A stretch of DNA of 39,658 nt from contig CP070758.1 of assembly GCA_020348925.1 (NCBI GenBank), forward strand, positions 2,144,030 to 2,183,687, read 5' to 3'. The notes beneath the pieces are model-generated. The model saw only the letters and a program-made list of their open reading frames with translations, searched no databases and was not told the DNA's origin. This DNA comes from Gemmatimonadota bacterium (GTDB taxonomy: Bacteria; JBHIER01; G020348925). Position 1 is the stretch's first letter; every line of letters starts with the position of its first letter. This document shows, piece by piece, positions 25,584-34,281 of this stretch. Position numbers and translations under genes: made by a program.

Positions 25584-27011
25584 TCATTCTGAGAGAAAAA
25601 CCATTGACTCATAAGGTTTCAAAGCTATTTGATGGGTCGGCTTTGATAAGAGCTGAACGGGCTTCTCTTTGCCTCGGATGAATTTCTCGCCGTCCCGCCC
25701 ACTTCTCAATTCTTCGGGGAACTGAAGTGTCGCAGTCATCTCCCTGTCGGAAAAATTGAGAGCAACGACAGCCGTGCGGTCACCTGTCATTCGAGCGTAG
25801 GCCACAATTTCGGAGGGACGATCCGTAGGGATCTTCATCGTCTCTCCATGGACGAATACTGTATGGTCCTTTCGCAAACGAATCAGTTGTTTATAAAAAC
25901 GTCTGACTGCGTAATCGGCATCTCCCCAATGGACTTCAACCTTATCGAAGAGCGCCGGCTTGACCGTATCGGCCACTTCCTGGCCGGCGTACAGCATGGG
26001 CAGACCCCTGAGGGTGAAAACGAACGTCGCATACGGCTCGAATCCCGGAACGCCAAACACTTTTGCCGCCCGTTGCTCGTCATGATTCTCAAGAAACCGC
26101 AGCCTGAGTGCGCCTTTGGGGAATTCCCTCTCCTTTTTCAGGACAAGATCGATCGCCTCCTCGGCTTTCGCCTCTCCCCTACGAATCTCTTTCAAAGTAT
26201 GATAAAGGCTCCAATCGTACGTCGCATCGAACTGATTGATGTGCATTTTGGGATCTTCCCACTCAGCCAGCAGAAAGAAGGTGGGCTTCATTTTACGCAA
26301 TTGCGCCCGCACATCCACCCAGAAATCCCCCGGAACCATGCCGGCGACGTCGCAGCGATACCCATCAATATTGAAATCTCTGATCCAGTACTGGAGAGCG
26401 TTATGCATATAGCTACGCATCTCGCGGTTATGGTAATCGAAATCAGTTACATCCCACCAGTCATCGACTTCACGGGTAAAATTTCCCTTTCTGTCCCGGA
26501 CAAACCAGTCCGGATGTCTGCCCATCTCAATATGATCATTGGCCGAGTGATTGGCCACCCAGTCCAGGATGACTTTCATTCCCAACTCGTGGGCCGTAAT
26601 CACGAGTTGCCGCAGGTCGGTCCCCCGTCCAAACTCGGGATTGATGGCCCGATAGTCTCTGACTGCGTAGGGACTGCCCAAGGTTCCTTTTCGCCCGACT
26701 GTGCCGATCGGATAGATAGGCATCAACCAGACGGTTTCAACACCCAACTCCTTGAGTTCCGGCAATCTCTCCGTCACCTTCTGGAACGTGCCCTCCGGAC
26801 TGAACGCTCGGACGAACACTTCGTATACGATGGTTCCGGGAACCCATGAGGGACTCGTGACGCTGTGAAACGTGCCGAAGTCTTGAGGCTCTTCTTGCTC
26901 CGGAGCCCGTTGACAACCCCAGGGGAATATCAAGAGCGTGCTGGCGAAAAGAACCAGCAGCGTCACGGCGATAGAGATACGAAACCTTTTCATAAGAACG
27001 CTCACTTTCAT
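25584..27011 (-). CDS. GH13 alpha-amylase/maltodextrinase lipoprotein (475 aa)
   Basis: Lipobox-like PWGC. YEVFVRAFS, WLMPI.PIG...RKGTLGSPYAVRDY, DWVANH, DGYRCDVA, LAEW, FLENHD. ATGA overlap with the upstream stop. Confidence 0.9.
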   Translation of the reverse strand: MKVSVLMKRFRISIAVTLLVLFASTLLIFPWGCQRAPEQEEPQDFGTFHSVTSPSWVPGTIVYEVFVRAFSPEGTFQKVTERLPELKELGVETVWLMPIYPIGTVGRKGTLGSPYAVRDYRAINPEFGRGTDLRQLVITAHELGMKVILDWVANHSANDHIEMGRHPDWFVRDRKGNFTREVDDWWDVTDFDYHNREMRSYMHNALQYWIRDFNIDGYRCDVAGMVPGDFWVDVRAQLRKMKPTFFLLAEWEDPKMHINQFDATYDWSLYHTLKEIRRGEAKAEEAIDLVLKKEREFPKGALRLRFLENHDEQRAAKVFGVPGFEPYATFVFTLRGLPMLYAGQEVADTVKPALFDKVEVHWGDADYAVRRFYKQLIRLRKDHTVFVHGETMKIPTDRPSEIVAYARMTGDRTAVVALNFSDREMTATLQFPEELRSGRDGEKFIRGKEKPVQLLSKPTHQIALKPYESMVFLSE

Positions 27012-28999
27012 TTTGAAATGATTGGATCGAACCGGGGAATTTCCATTTGAGCACCCGCTAAATTGGCATATCTGTAAACATTGGTCAGGTGAAGTCTGAA
27101 GTTTTCGTCGAACAGCAGATCGCCTCCGCCTCCGGCTGTTTCATCTGCTCCATACCACCAGAACCAATCGGATCCCTCCGCAGCGTACATCTCCTCCCAG
27201 GCCTGATACGTGTACCACGCTTTCGAGTACCTCTCCCCAGGTTCGTCAACCTCAGGGTCCGGCGGTGTCAGTCCGCTCTTCTCCAGATCCCTCCTCGTTC
27301 TCAACAGGAGCTCCCAGCCTGCATTTTCCTCGTCTTCACCGATCCAGTTGGAAAAGTGCGGCAGAAACCAGGAGGCCGGATACAGGGGATCGATTCTGGT
27401 GGCCTGTGCAACAGGATGAGGCTTCACCCCCCTCTCGGGATTGCCGTCAATAAATTCGGAAGGCGTTACGCTTATGATCCGACCCTCCTCATATCTTTTT
27501 TCCAACTCCGCATACAGTTTATGAAAAAACTTCGAACCGTCGTTATCCTTCTCAAAATACTCCCAGGCATTTTCACCGTCCAAGAGAATTGTCAACAACC
27601 GGTCGCCCTCTCCGGGCGCAGGCAAATACTCCTCCACGGCTTGAAAGAAGTGTCCCACATTCTCCTCGGCCGTCCGTCTCGAGTAATCGAATGCGATCTG
27701 GTCCGATATTCCTAAATCACGAAAGACAATGGCCAGTTTCTCACCACTCTGGCCATCAACGGAATACATTCTGGCCAGTTCTTCTTTCGTGAGATCCTCA
27801 GGTCCATCCTTGCCCAAGGATTTTGCTAAAACGTGTGGTCCGGTGGCGATCCAACGGACACCACTGTTGAGAAAAAGAGGAACGACCTCCTCTGCCACAG
27901 AACCCTCGGCCGGCCACATACCGTTGGGAGGTTCCCCGAATATCCGTTCAAACATCGTGACACCTTTACGGACTTGATTCTCGGCATCAAAAGGATAGGA
28001 ATAGCGCTCGGGAAGCGGGTCCTGGGGTTGGCATTTCAATGCAATATCACTATCATAGATCAGTGGAAGGATAGGATGATAGAAGGGCGTCGTGATGAGC
28101 TCGATTTGTCCCAGCCTGGTCTCCGGATGATACATCAATTTCTTGTGAATCGGGATCACATTGGCCATCACTTTGTACGCTTCGGCCACGAGTCGCTGGC
28201 AATCCTCCTCGGTCACATCCCGTTTCAAGATGAAACTGTCATCGGAATCGTCCTCCGGGGAACCGGCGGCATCGTACAGAACCAGATCGGAAAGGTCAAC
28301 AACCATCGGAGAACCATCGGGATTCTGCAGCGGGAGTGTCACAGGGCCTTTCAAAAAGGATGGATCGAACAGGGCCAGGAAGAAAAAAGTCTTGATCCGG
28401 ATTTTCTGCTGCAGCGTGTACGATTCCCAGGGTTTTCTCCCTTGAAAAGACCCCACATTTCTTCCTATAGGAAGGAGCGTGTTGTACTGGGGAAAACGTC
28501 GAATAATCTGCTCGGTGAGGGAGAAACACGACCAAGCCTGGTCTCCGCTTTTATTGAATAAATAATCCAAATCCCGGCTATTGAAATTGCGCGTATCCAT
28601 CAGCATGAGGTCAATCCAGGGATCGGTCTTGCCTCGCCATTCCGACAGAAAACCTTCGGCATCAATCCGATTTGCTCCCGTATCAACATACGGACCGAGC
28701 CGATCCACATAATACTCCTGCAACTGCCGCAGGAGCACTGAGGTGAGATCTATGGTCAGATGCACTTTCGGATACTTCTCCAGAACGGCGGCCATGTCAT
28801 AATAATCCTTAGTGGAATGCGTTCTCACCCACGGACCGATGAGCTGATCCTTTGTGGCATCGAGATACGATGGCTGGTGCTGATGCCAGATGATATTCAG
28901 GTACAACTTTCCGGGTTCCTTGGGCCCACAGGATACGATTAGAAGAAGCAACAGAAGACCAATCCCCAAAAATCGAGATCGTTTTTTATATTTTTTCAT
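27008..28999 (-). CDS. GH57 amylopullulanase-like lipoprotein (catalytic module only; 663 aa)
   Basis: GAGGAG SD; lipobox IVSC. IIWHQHQP, PWVRTHSTKDYYDM, TTPFYHPILPL, GMWPAEGSV (Glu), ILLDGENAWE (Asp), AEGSDWFWWYG. Confidence 0.88.
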   Translation of the reverse strand: MKKYKKRSRFLGIGLLLLLLIVSCGPKEPGKLYLNIIWHQHQPSYLDATKDQLIGPWVRTHSTKDYYDMAAVLEKYPKVHLTIDLTSVLLRQLQEYYVDRLGPYVDTGANRIDAEGFLSEWRGKTDPWIDLMLMDTRNFNSRDLDYLFNKSGDQAWSCFSLTEQIIRRFPQYNTLLPIGRNVGSFQGRKPWESYTLQQKIRIKTFFFLALFDPSFLKGPVTLPLQNPDGSPMVVDLSDLVLYDAAGSPEDDSDDSFILKRDVTEEDCQRLVAEAYKVMANVIPIHKKLMYHPETRLGQIELITTPFYHPILPLIYDSDIALKCQPQDPLPERYSYPFDAENQVRKGVTMFERIFGEPPNGMWPAEGSVAEEVVPLFLNSGVRWIATGPHVLAKSLGKDGPEDLTKEELARMYSVDGQSGEKLAIVFRDLGISDQIAFDYSRRTAEENVGHFFQAVEEYLPAPGEGDRLLTILLDGENAWEYFEKDNDGSKFFHKLYAELEKRYEEGRIISVTPSEFIDGNPERGVKPHPVAQATRIDPLYPASWFLPHFSNWIGEDEENAGWELLLRTRRDLEKSGLTPPDPEVDEPGERYSKAWYTYQAWEEMYAAEGSDWFWWYGADETAGGGGDLLFDENFRLHLTNVYRYANLAGAQMEIPRFDPIISK

Positions 29000-29040
29000 G
29001 GTGTTCTCCTCGAGCACCCTTCGTCACAGAGAGAAAGTTT

Positions 29041-29116
29041 TCCGTTTTGGATATTGAATTTTGGATCTTTCATTTTCCTGCTTTGATTTTGCAGTTTTCA
29101 TTTTGAATTTCACATT
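29041..29116. repeat. Degenerate 7-nt tandem repeat (~11 units) in the malG-GH57 spacer
   Basis: tccgttt tggatat tgaattt tggatct ttcattt tcctgct ttgattt tgcagtt ttcattt tgaattt cacatt. Confidence 0.7.
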
Positions 29117-29959
29117 CTATCCCTTCACACTTCCCAGTGTCAGTCCTGAGACGAGCCACCGACTCAGAAACAGAAAAAGAGCGACAACAGGGATGCTGAC
29201 AACAACAGCCCCGGCCGAGTACAATCCCCAGGAGACCTCCATATTCGACTGAAACATCTTGAGGCCGAGAGGGAGCGTAAAGAGGTTCTGGTCCTGAATG
29301 AGAACGGCGGCCACCAAATACTCCGACCAGGCCGTCATGAATGAAAACAGAGCCGTAATCACAAGCGCCGGTGCGGCCAAGGGGAGGACAATGCGCCAGA
29401 ATATGCCGATTTGCGAACACCCGTCGATGGCTGCCGCCTCCTCGAGACTGTAGGGAATCGTATCGTAATACCCTTTCATCTGCCACACAATGAAGGGCAA
29501 GGCCGTGGCAGAATAGGCGATGATGAGGGCAAAGTACGAATCATACGCCTTGAGTTTGATCAGCACAATAAACAAGGGCAGCAGAAGCATGGTCAGTGGA
29601 AACATCTGTGTCGTAATGAGACCGATCATGGCCGTATCACGCCCTCTGAACTTGTATCGGGAAAAACCGTATCCGGCCGTTGCGGCCAGGGCCACACCAA
29701 ACAATGTGACGGCCGCGGAGACGATGATGCTATTTCCCAGCCATCTCAGAAAGGGCTCTTCCAGAAAGAGACGGACGTAGGTGTTCAACGTGGCATCCGG
29801 AGGAATAACGGCCAGTGATTTATCCAGAAGTCGATCCCCCGGCCGAAGGGAAATAGCCCGTACCCGCAAGATCGGATACGCGGCGAAGAGGGTGAATATC
29901 GTTACAATTACATAGCTGGCGATTCGCGCCGGTGATGAAAGTGTTCTCGGTCCTCTCAT
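29117..29959 (-). CDS. malG: Maltose/maltodextrin ABC transporter permease, MalG type (280 aa)
   Basis: GAGGAG SD; WLGNS, AGYGFSRYKFRGR, QMFP, EAA loop KGYYDTIPYSLEEAAAIDG, AWSEY, TLPLGL. Confidence 0.88.
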   Translation of the reverse strand: MRGPRTLSSPARIASYVIVTIFTLFAAYPILRVRAISLRPGDRLLDKSLAVIPPDATLNTYVRLFLEEPFLRWLGNSIIVSAAVTLFGVALAATAGYGFSRYKFRGRDTAMIGLITTQMFPLTMLLLPLFIVLIKLKAYDSYFALIIAYSATALPFIVWQMKGYYDTIPYSLEEAAAIDGCSQIGIFWRIVLPLAAPALVITALFSFMTAWSEYLVAAVLIQDQNLFTLPLGLKMFQSNMEVSWGLYSAGAVVVSIPVVALFLFLSRWLVSGLTLGSVKG

Positions 29960-29975
29960 GTGTCTCCTCGACAGA

Positions 29976-30905
29976 TCAATACACAGCCTGTGTCGCCTGC
30001 GTCCTTTTGATGAAGTTCCAGCTGAAAACGAGCAAGATGGCAAAAATAATCATGGAAAAGGCCGCCGCATACCCGGTCCGGAAATAGGTGAAGCCGACCT
30101 TGTACACCCAGGAAACGAGAATATGCGTCTTATCGGATGGCTCACCTCCGTTGCTGACGAGCCAGACCACATTGAAATTGTTGAATGTCCAGATGATTCC
30201 CAGTGTGATAGCCGGAATCATGACAGGTTTCAGTAAGGGAATGGTGATGTTTTTCAGCTTCTGATACCACGAAGCGCCGTCGATGTCCGCAGCCTCATAG
30301 AGCTCGTCCGGAATGCTCTGCAGTCCCCCCAGGGCAATAATCATCATAAAGGGAAATCCCAGCCAGATGTTCGTGATCAGGCAGGCGGTGAAGGCCCCCC
30401 ACTCAGTGGTCAGCCATGGTACCTGGAGTCCGAGAAATCTATCCAGGATGATGCTGATGGCCCCGTATTCGGAGTTGAACATGCCCCGCCACGTCAGGGC
30501 CGTGATATACTGCGGTACGGCCCACGGGAGTATGAGCAGGGTCCGGAAGAAAGTCTTGCCCTTGAGGTCTTTGTTCAAGATGATGGCCAAAAAGACACCG
30601 ATGGTGACATGAAAAAAGACGTTGATGACGGTCCACAGAATCGTCTTCACGAAGAAATACCAGAAATCGGGAACTTCGATGCCGAGTAATTTCAAATTCA
30701 TCGTAGTATCGGTCAAAACGGTCCAGAAGTTGCCCGGCCCAATGAGGCGCCAATCACGGAAGTGGGTCAAGTTCATGTTCGAAAGGGAAAGTATGATATT
30801 GTAGATGAAAGGATATACGATCACCAGGGCCATAATCATAAGAGCGGGCATGGTGTACACGTACGCCAATCGATTATCTCTTCTTTCTCCGATTCCTACT
30901 GCCAT
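29976..30905 (-). CDS. malF: Maltose/maltodextrin ABC transporter permease, MalF/MalC type (309 aa)
   Basis: FRTLLILPWAVP, NIWLGFPFMM, EAA loop LQSIPDELYEAADIDGA, FNNFN. Confidence 0.88.
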   Translation of the reverse strand: MAVGIGERRDNRLAYVYTMPALMIMALVIVYPFIYNIILSLSNMNLTHFRDWRLIGPGNFWTVLTDTTMNLKLLGIEVPDFWYFFVKTILWTVINVFFHVTIGVFLAIILNKDLKGKTFFRTLLILPWAVPQYITALTWRGMFNSEYGAISIILDRFLGLQVPWLTTEWGAFTACLITNIWLGFPFMMIIALGGLQSIPDELYEAADIDGASWYQKLKNITIPLLKPVMIPAITLGIIWTFNNFNVVWLVSNGGEPSDKTHILVSWVYKVGFTYFRTGYAAAFSMIIFAILLVFSWNFIKRTQATQAVY

Positions 30906-30923
30906 TTCCTTTCCTTAGAGGAT

Positions 30924-30952
30924 ATTTCGAATTCCTGAAGATTTCGGAAGTC
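30924..30952. repeat. REP-like imperfect palindrome, copy 1 (malE-malF spacer)
   Basis: ATTTCGAATTCC-tga-AGATTTCGGAAGTC; shares AGATTTCGGAA with copy 2. Confidence 0.5.
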
Positions 30953-30961
30953 CCGTTATTC

Positions 30962-32194
30962 CTACTCCCTGTTCTCCTCGATCAATTTTAAGGCCAGGCG
31001 TTGCATACTCTCCGCCGCCTGCTCCGGTGTCTTCTCCCCAGTAAATATGGCCTGATAGCTCGGTCTCATGGCATCCCAGATCCAGCGCAGCTCGGTCACG
31101 ACCGGCATTGTCTTTCCGACCATCAGCTGGTAAACAGACTGCTGAAGGAGCTCATTATCCTTCACAATGGAACTCCGAAAGGCCTCTTTTCTCGAAGGAA
31201 TGGAAGCCGTCGCCCGTGTAAATATCAACTCAACCTCGGGAGAAGTGAGGAATTGCATCAATGCAACCGCCACCCTCAACCGCTCACCCCTGACGTTGAC
31301 GTTCAGTGAATAGCCCAGGGGAGAAATCATCGGCGAGGGCCACAGGTCGGTCTCATCTATTTTCGGAATCCGGGTGATGCCGATATCGATATTGTTCTCA
31401 ATGTACGTTCCCCACGACCAGGGTCCGTTGATAATCATGGCTGAATACCCATCCTTAAACAGAGCGTTGGCTATCTCGTAATCGCATTCACGGGGAATGA
31501 TCCGATGGGTATTGGCCAGATCGTAAATCAGTTGCGCAGCGTCTACTACGGCGTCAGTGTCCAGGGTAGGTCGACTCTCTGCGTCCATGATCCATCCGCC
31601 GAAACCTCCGATAAAGGGTATGGCGAAAAAAGGCTCCGTATAGTTCCAGGCCAAGGCGTAGCGATCCGGTTTGCCGTCCCCGTTTGTATCCTTGGTCAAC
31701 GCAACGCCCATCTCAATGAGCTCATTCATGGTTTCAGGAGGTTCGGGGACCATATCCTTGTTATAGACAAGACAGAGATGATTCCCCACGCGGTCGGCGA
31801 TCTGATAGAGATGATCCTGAAACCAGGTGTTGGCCTCTATCGGATCGGTTAAGAAGCTGTCAAGGTAAGCTTGGTTCACATGGGGCTCGATAGGCTGGAT
31901 GACCTGCAATTCCACGAGCGGGCCAATATTGTCGCTGGCACCCCACAAGAGTGCAGGGCCGCTTCCTCCCAGGGCGGAGATGATAAAGTTCGTGCGAGCC
32001 GTCTCAGGAGCGTAAAACAGCTCCCCAAACTCCCACTCGGGATGTTGTTTCCCGAATTCCTTGAGCTGCTCCCGAAGAATCTCTCGCTCAATCGGCCGCA
32101 AGGAGTGCCAGACCATGATGCGTTTTTCGTTGTGGGAACAGCTTAAAATACTGAGAGCAAAGAATACGAATACCACAAGGTACTTGACCTTCAA
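30962..32194 (-). CDS. Maltodextrin-binding lipoprotein of the ABC transporter (MalE/CymE-like); start uncertain (TTG at 32194 proposed, ORF open to 32281)
   Basis: Lipobox ILSC followed by IMVWHS. LVYNKDMV.EPP.T..EL, IPFIGGFGG, AMIINGPWSW, MPVVTELRWIW match family-1 maltodextrin SBPs. Adjacent to malF and malG. Confidence 0.85.
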   Translation of the reverse strand: MKVKYLVVFVFFALSILSCSHNEKRIMVWHSLRPIEREILREQLKEFGKQHPEWEFGELFYAPETARTNFIISALGGSGPALLWGASDNIGPLVELQVIQPIEPHVNQAYLDSFLTDPIEANTWFQDHLYQIADRVGNHLCLVYNKDMVPEPPETMNELIEMGVALTKDTNGDGKPDRYALAWNYTEPFFAIPFIGGFGGWIMDAESRPTLDTDAVVDAAQLIYDLANTHRIIPRECDYEIANALFKDGYSAMIINGPWSWGTYIENNIDIGITRIPKIDETDLWPSPMISPLGYSLNVNVRGERLRVAVALMQFLTSPEVELIFTRATASIPSRKEAFRSSIVKDNELLQQSVYQLMVGKTMPVVTELRWIWDAMRPSYQAIFTGEKTPEQAAESMQRLALKLIEENRE

Positions 32195-32281
32195 GATCTT
32201 CGAATCCCACAATAGGTTTTGCCTCAGTGGAGCACCGTGTGTTGTTTTCGTTTCAAATCTTGAAACCATAGTCTTAACCAT

Positions 32282-32311
32282 ACTTCCGAAGTCTTAGAGA
32301 TTTCGGAATTC
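32282..32311. repeat. REP-like imperfect palindrome, copy 2 (symporter-malE spacer)
   Basis: ACTTCCGAAGTCT-tag-AGATTTCGGAATT. Confidence 0.55.
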
Positions 32312-32318
32312 TTCTCAC

Positions 32319-34154
32319 TCACACTATTTTCTCATCCCCCACGGCTTCAACCTTCACCTCCGATGAGAGATGCCTGAACCAGGTAAAATAGAGACCGGTT
32401 GAAAGGGCGATTAGTATGACAAAAAGAACGCTGACGGTATCCCATCGTTTCATGATAACCATCATGAAGGTCAGAAAGAGGATGACCTGCCACGGCACGG
32501 CAAAGAAAGTCGATACGATATCACGCTTGTTCTCTTTGTTGACTTCCTCCATAACGTTTTGCGGGATCTGCCTCCGGATATGCCCCCAGAATCCGAAAGG
32601 CCGGGTCCTTTTGTAAAACTCAAAAAGGACGGCATCGTTCGTCGGTTTGGTGGCAAAGGTTCCCACCAGCATGGCAACAAAGGAGATGCCGCTGGCAAAG
32701 GAGAACGCCACATACTCCGGGACGTTCGGGAACAGGAGCCGCTGCAGGATGGCGGCCATCATGCCGGCTCCGGTGCCGATGGCAAAACCATACCCGTTCA
32801 ACCGCCACCAGTACCAGCGCACCAGTGTGGGAATAATCATGCCCGCTCCGATGCTCATGGTGATCCAGCCCCATATTTCATTGATGTTGGTGATGGCCAA
32901 TGTAAAGAGCAAACCAAGAATGACCATAATAATGCTGGCCATGCGACTGTGCAGCATCAATTGCTTCTCCGTGGCCTTCGGATTGATGTACGCCTGATAA
33001 ATATCTTTGACCCAGTAGGAGGCTCCGGCATTGACCGTCGAATCGAAGGTGGACATGGCGGCGGCCATCAATCCCGCGATGAGAAATCCTTTGATGCCAA
33101 TAGGGACCAGCTCGTTGACGACCACGGGGAGGACGGTTTCAGGATCGTTGATCACCCCTCGGCTGGCTCCCATGGCAACCCCCATCAGGGCGATGGCGGC
33201 GATGAAGGGCCAGCGAAAGGAGAGCAGAAAGGTCCAGAAGAGGGACAGCAGTCCCGCCTCCCGGTCGCTCCGCGCCGCGAAATAGCGCTGGATCATGTAG
33301 CCGCTGGTTCCGCCACTGCCTTCAATCGTCACCTTGATGAGATAGAAGAGGATGGCTATTCCGAAGAGGTTGTATATCGAATAGGAGGACCCTGCCGGCA
33401 TGTTCAATTTCCACTGGGGAAGAACGCTGGTCCAGGCCTCCTTCGTGGTTTGAATGGCTTGAAAGGTCCCGTCCCTCATGGGAACGGAAATGGAAAACAC
33501 ATCGGGGATGTTGAACTTGGTGAGGGCCATAATACAGATGAAGAGAATGGTCCCGAAAATGAGAACCCCCTGAAAGACATCGGTCCAGACCACACCGTAC
33601 AGCCCGCTGGCCACGGTGTAGATCATGGCCAGAACAATCATGAGGGTGGCTGCCCAGAATTGGCCGGACAAACCCATGAACGACGGGATGCCGAGAAACT
33701 CGGCCACGAACTTTCCGGACCCGATGGCAAAGTAGGTGATCATGGCAATGGTCACCACCATGATGGAGACGGCCGCCAGCAGGCGGGCGACATCACCCTC
33801 CCTGTCTTTGCCGAAGCGAAAGCGCATCCACTCGGCCATCGTCATCACCTGCGCCCGCCGGTTCCATTTTCCCATGAAGATCATGAGAAAGGCCATGATG
33901 AGGGTCACACCGCCGCGGATTTCGATGAAAAATCCCATGGCCCCCAGGGCGAAGATCCAGGCCGTATTGATCATGGTGCCGCTCACATCGAGGTTTGAAG
34001 CCATCCCGGAGGCACCCAACACCCACCAGGGAAGTTTCCGATTGCCCAGGAAATAGGAGTCTATCCCAGCCGATGCCCTTCGCTGCATGAGCAGACCGAT
34101 GGTCACAATTCCGGTGAGATAGAGAACAACAATGACATAATCAATCCAGCCCAT
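32319..34154 (-). CDS. Sodium:solute symporter (SSS/SLC5 family), probably sugar uptake (611 aa)
   Basis: AAGGAGG SD; many TM helices; YFLGNRKLPWW, YTVASGLYGVVWTD.FQ, QRYFAA, AAAMSTFDSTVN. Confidence 0.92.
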   Translation of the reverse strand: MGWIDYVIVVLYLTGIVTIGLLMQRRASAGIDSYFLGNRKLPWWVLGASGMASNLDVSGTMINTAWIFALGAMGFFIEIRGGVTLIMAFLMIFMGKWNRRAQVMTMAEWMRFRFGKDREGDVARLLAAVSIMVVTIAMITYFAIGSGKFVAEFLGIPSFMGLSGQFWAATLMIVLAMIYTVASGLYGVVWTDVFQGVLIFGTILFICIMALTKFNIPDVFSISVPMRDGTFQAIQTTKEAWTSVLPQWKLNMPAGSSYSIYNLFGIAILFYLIKVTIEGSGGTSGYMIQRYFAARSDREAGLLSLFWTFLLSFRWPFIAAIALMGVAMGASRGVINDPETVLPVVVNELVPIGIKGFLIAGLMAAAMSTFDSTVNAGASYWVKDIYQAYINPKATEKQLMLHSRMASIIMVILGLLFTLAITNINEIWGWITMSIGAGMIIPTLVRWYWWRLNGYGFAIGTGAGMMAAILQRLLFPNVPEYVAFSFASGISFVAMLVGTFATKPTNDAVLFEFYKRTRPFGFWGHIRRQIPQNVMEEVNKENKRDIVSTFFAVPWQVILFLTFMMVIMKRWDTVSVLFVILIALSTGLYFTWFRHLSSEVKVEAVGDEKIV

Positions 34155-34174
34155 AATCCCTCCTTATTATACCT

Positions 34175-34270
34175 GCCATTGCGAGTGATAACGAAGCAAT
34201 CACATGCCCAAGGGACATTATTCCCTAAGGGAGTCAGGAATCCTCCTCATTGTGCGCGCCTCGCCATGAC
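34175..34270. repeat. Degenerate palindromic element of the GTCATTGCGAG...CTCGCAATGAC type
   Basis: GCCATTGCGAG-tgataa-CGAAGCAATC ... CATTG...CTCGCCATGAC; the terminal arms are complementary. Confidence 0.6.
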
Positions 34271-34281
34271 TTGAAAAACGA

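Noticed and set aside
32559-33998. 479-aa His/Gly-rich plus-strand ORF
   Set aside because: Antisense shadow of the SSS transporter; the composition is typical of reverse-read hydrophobic codons.
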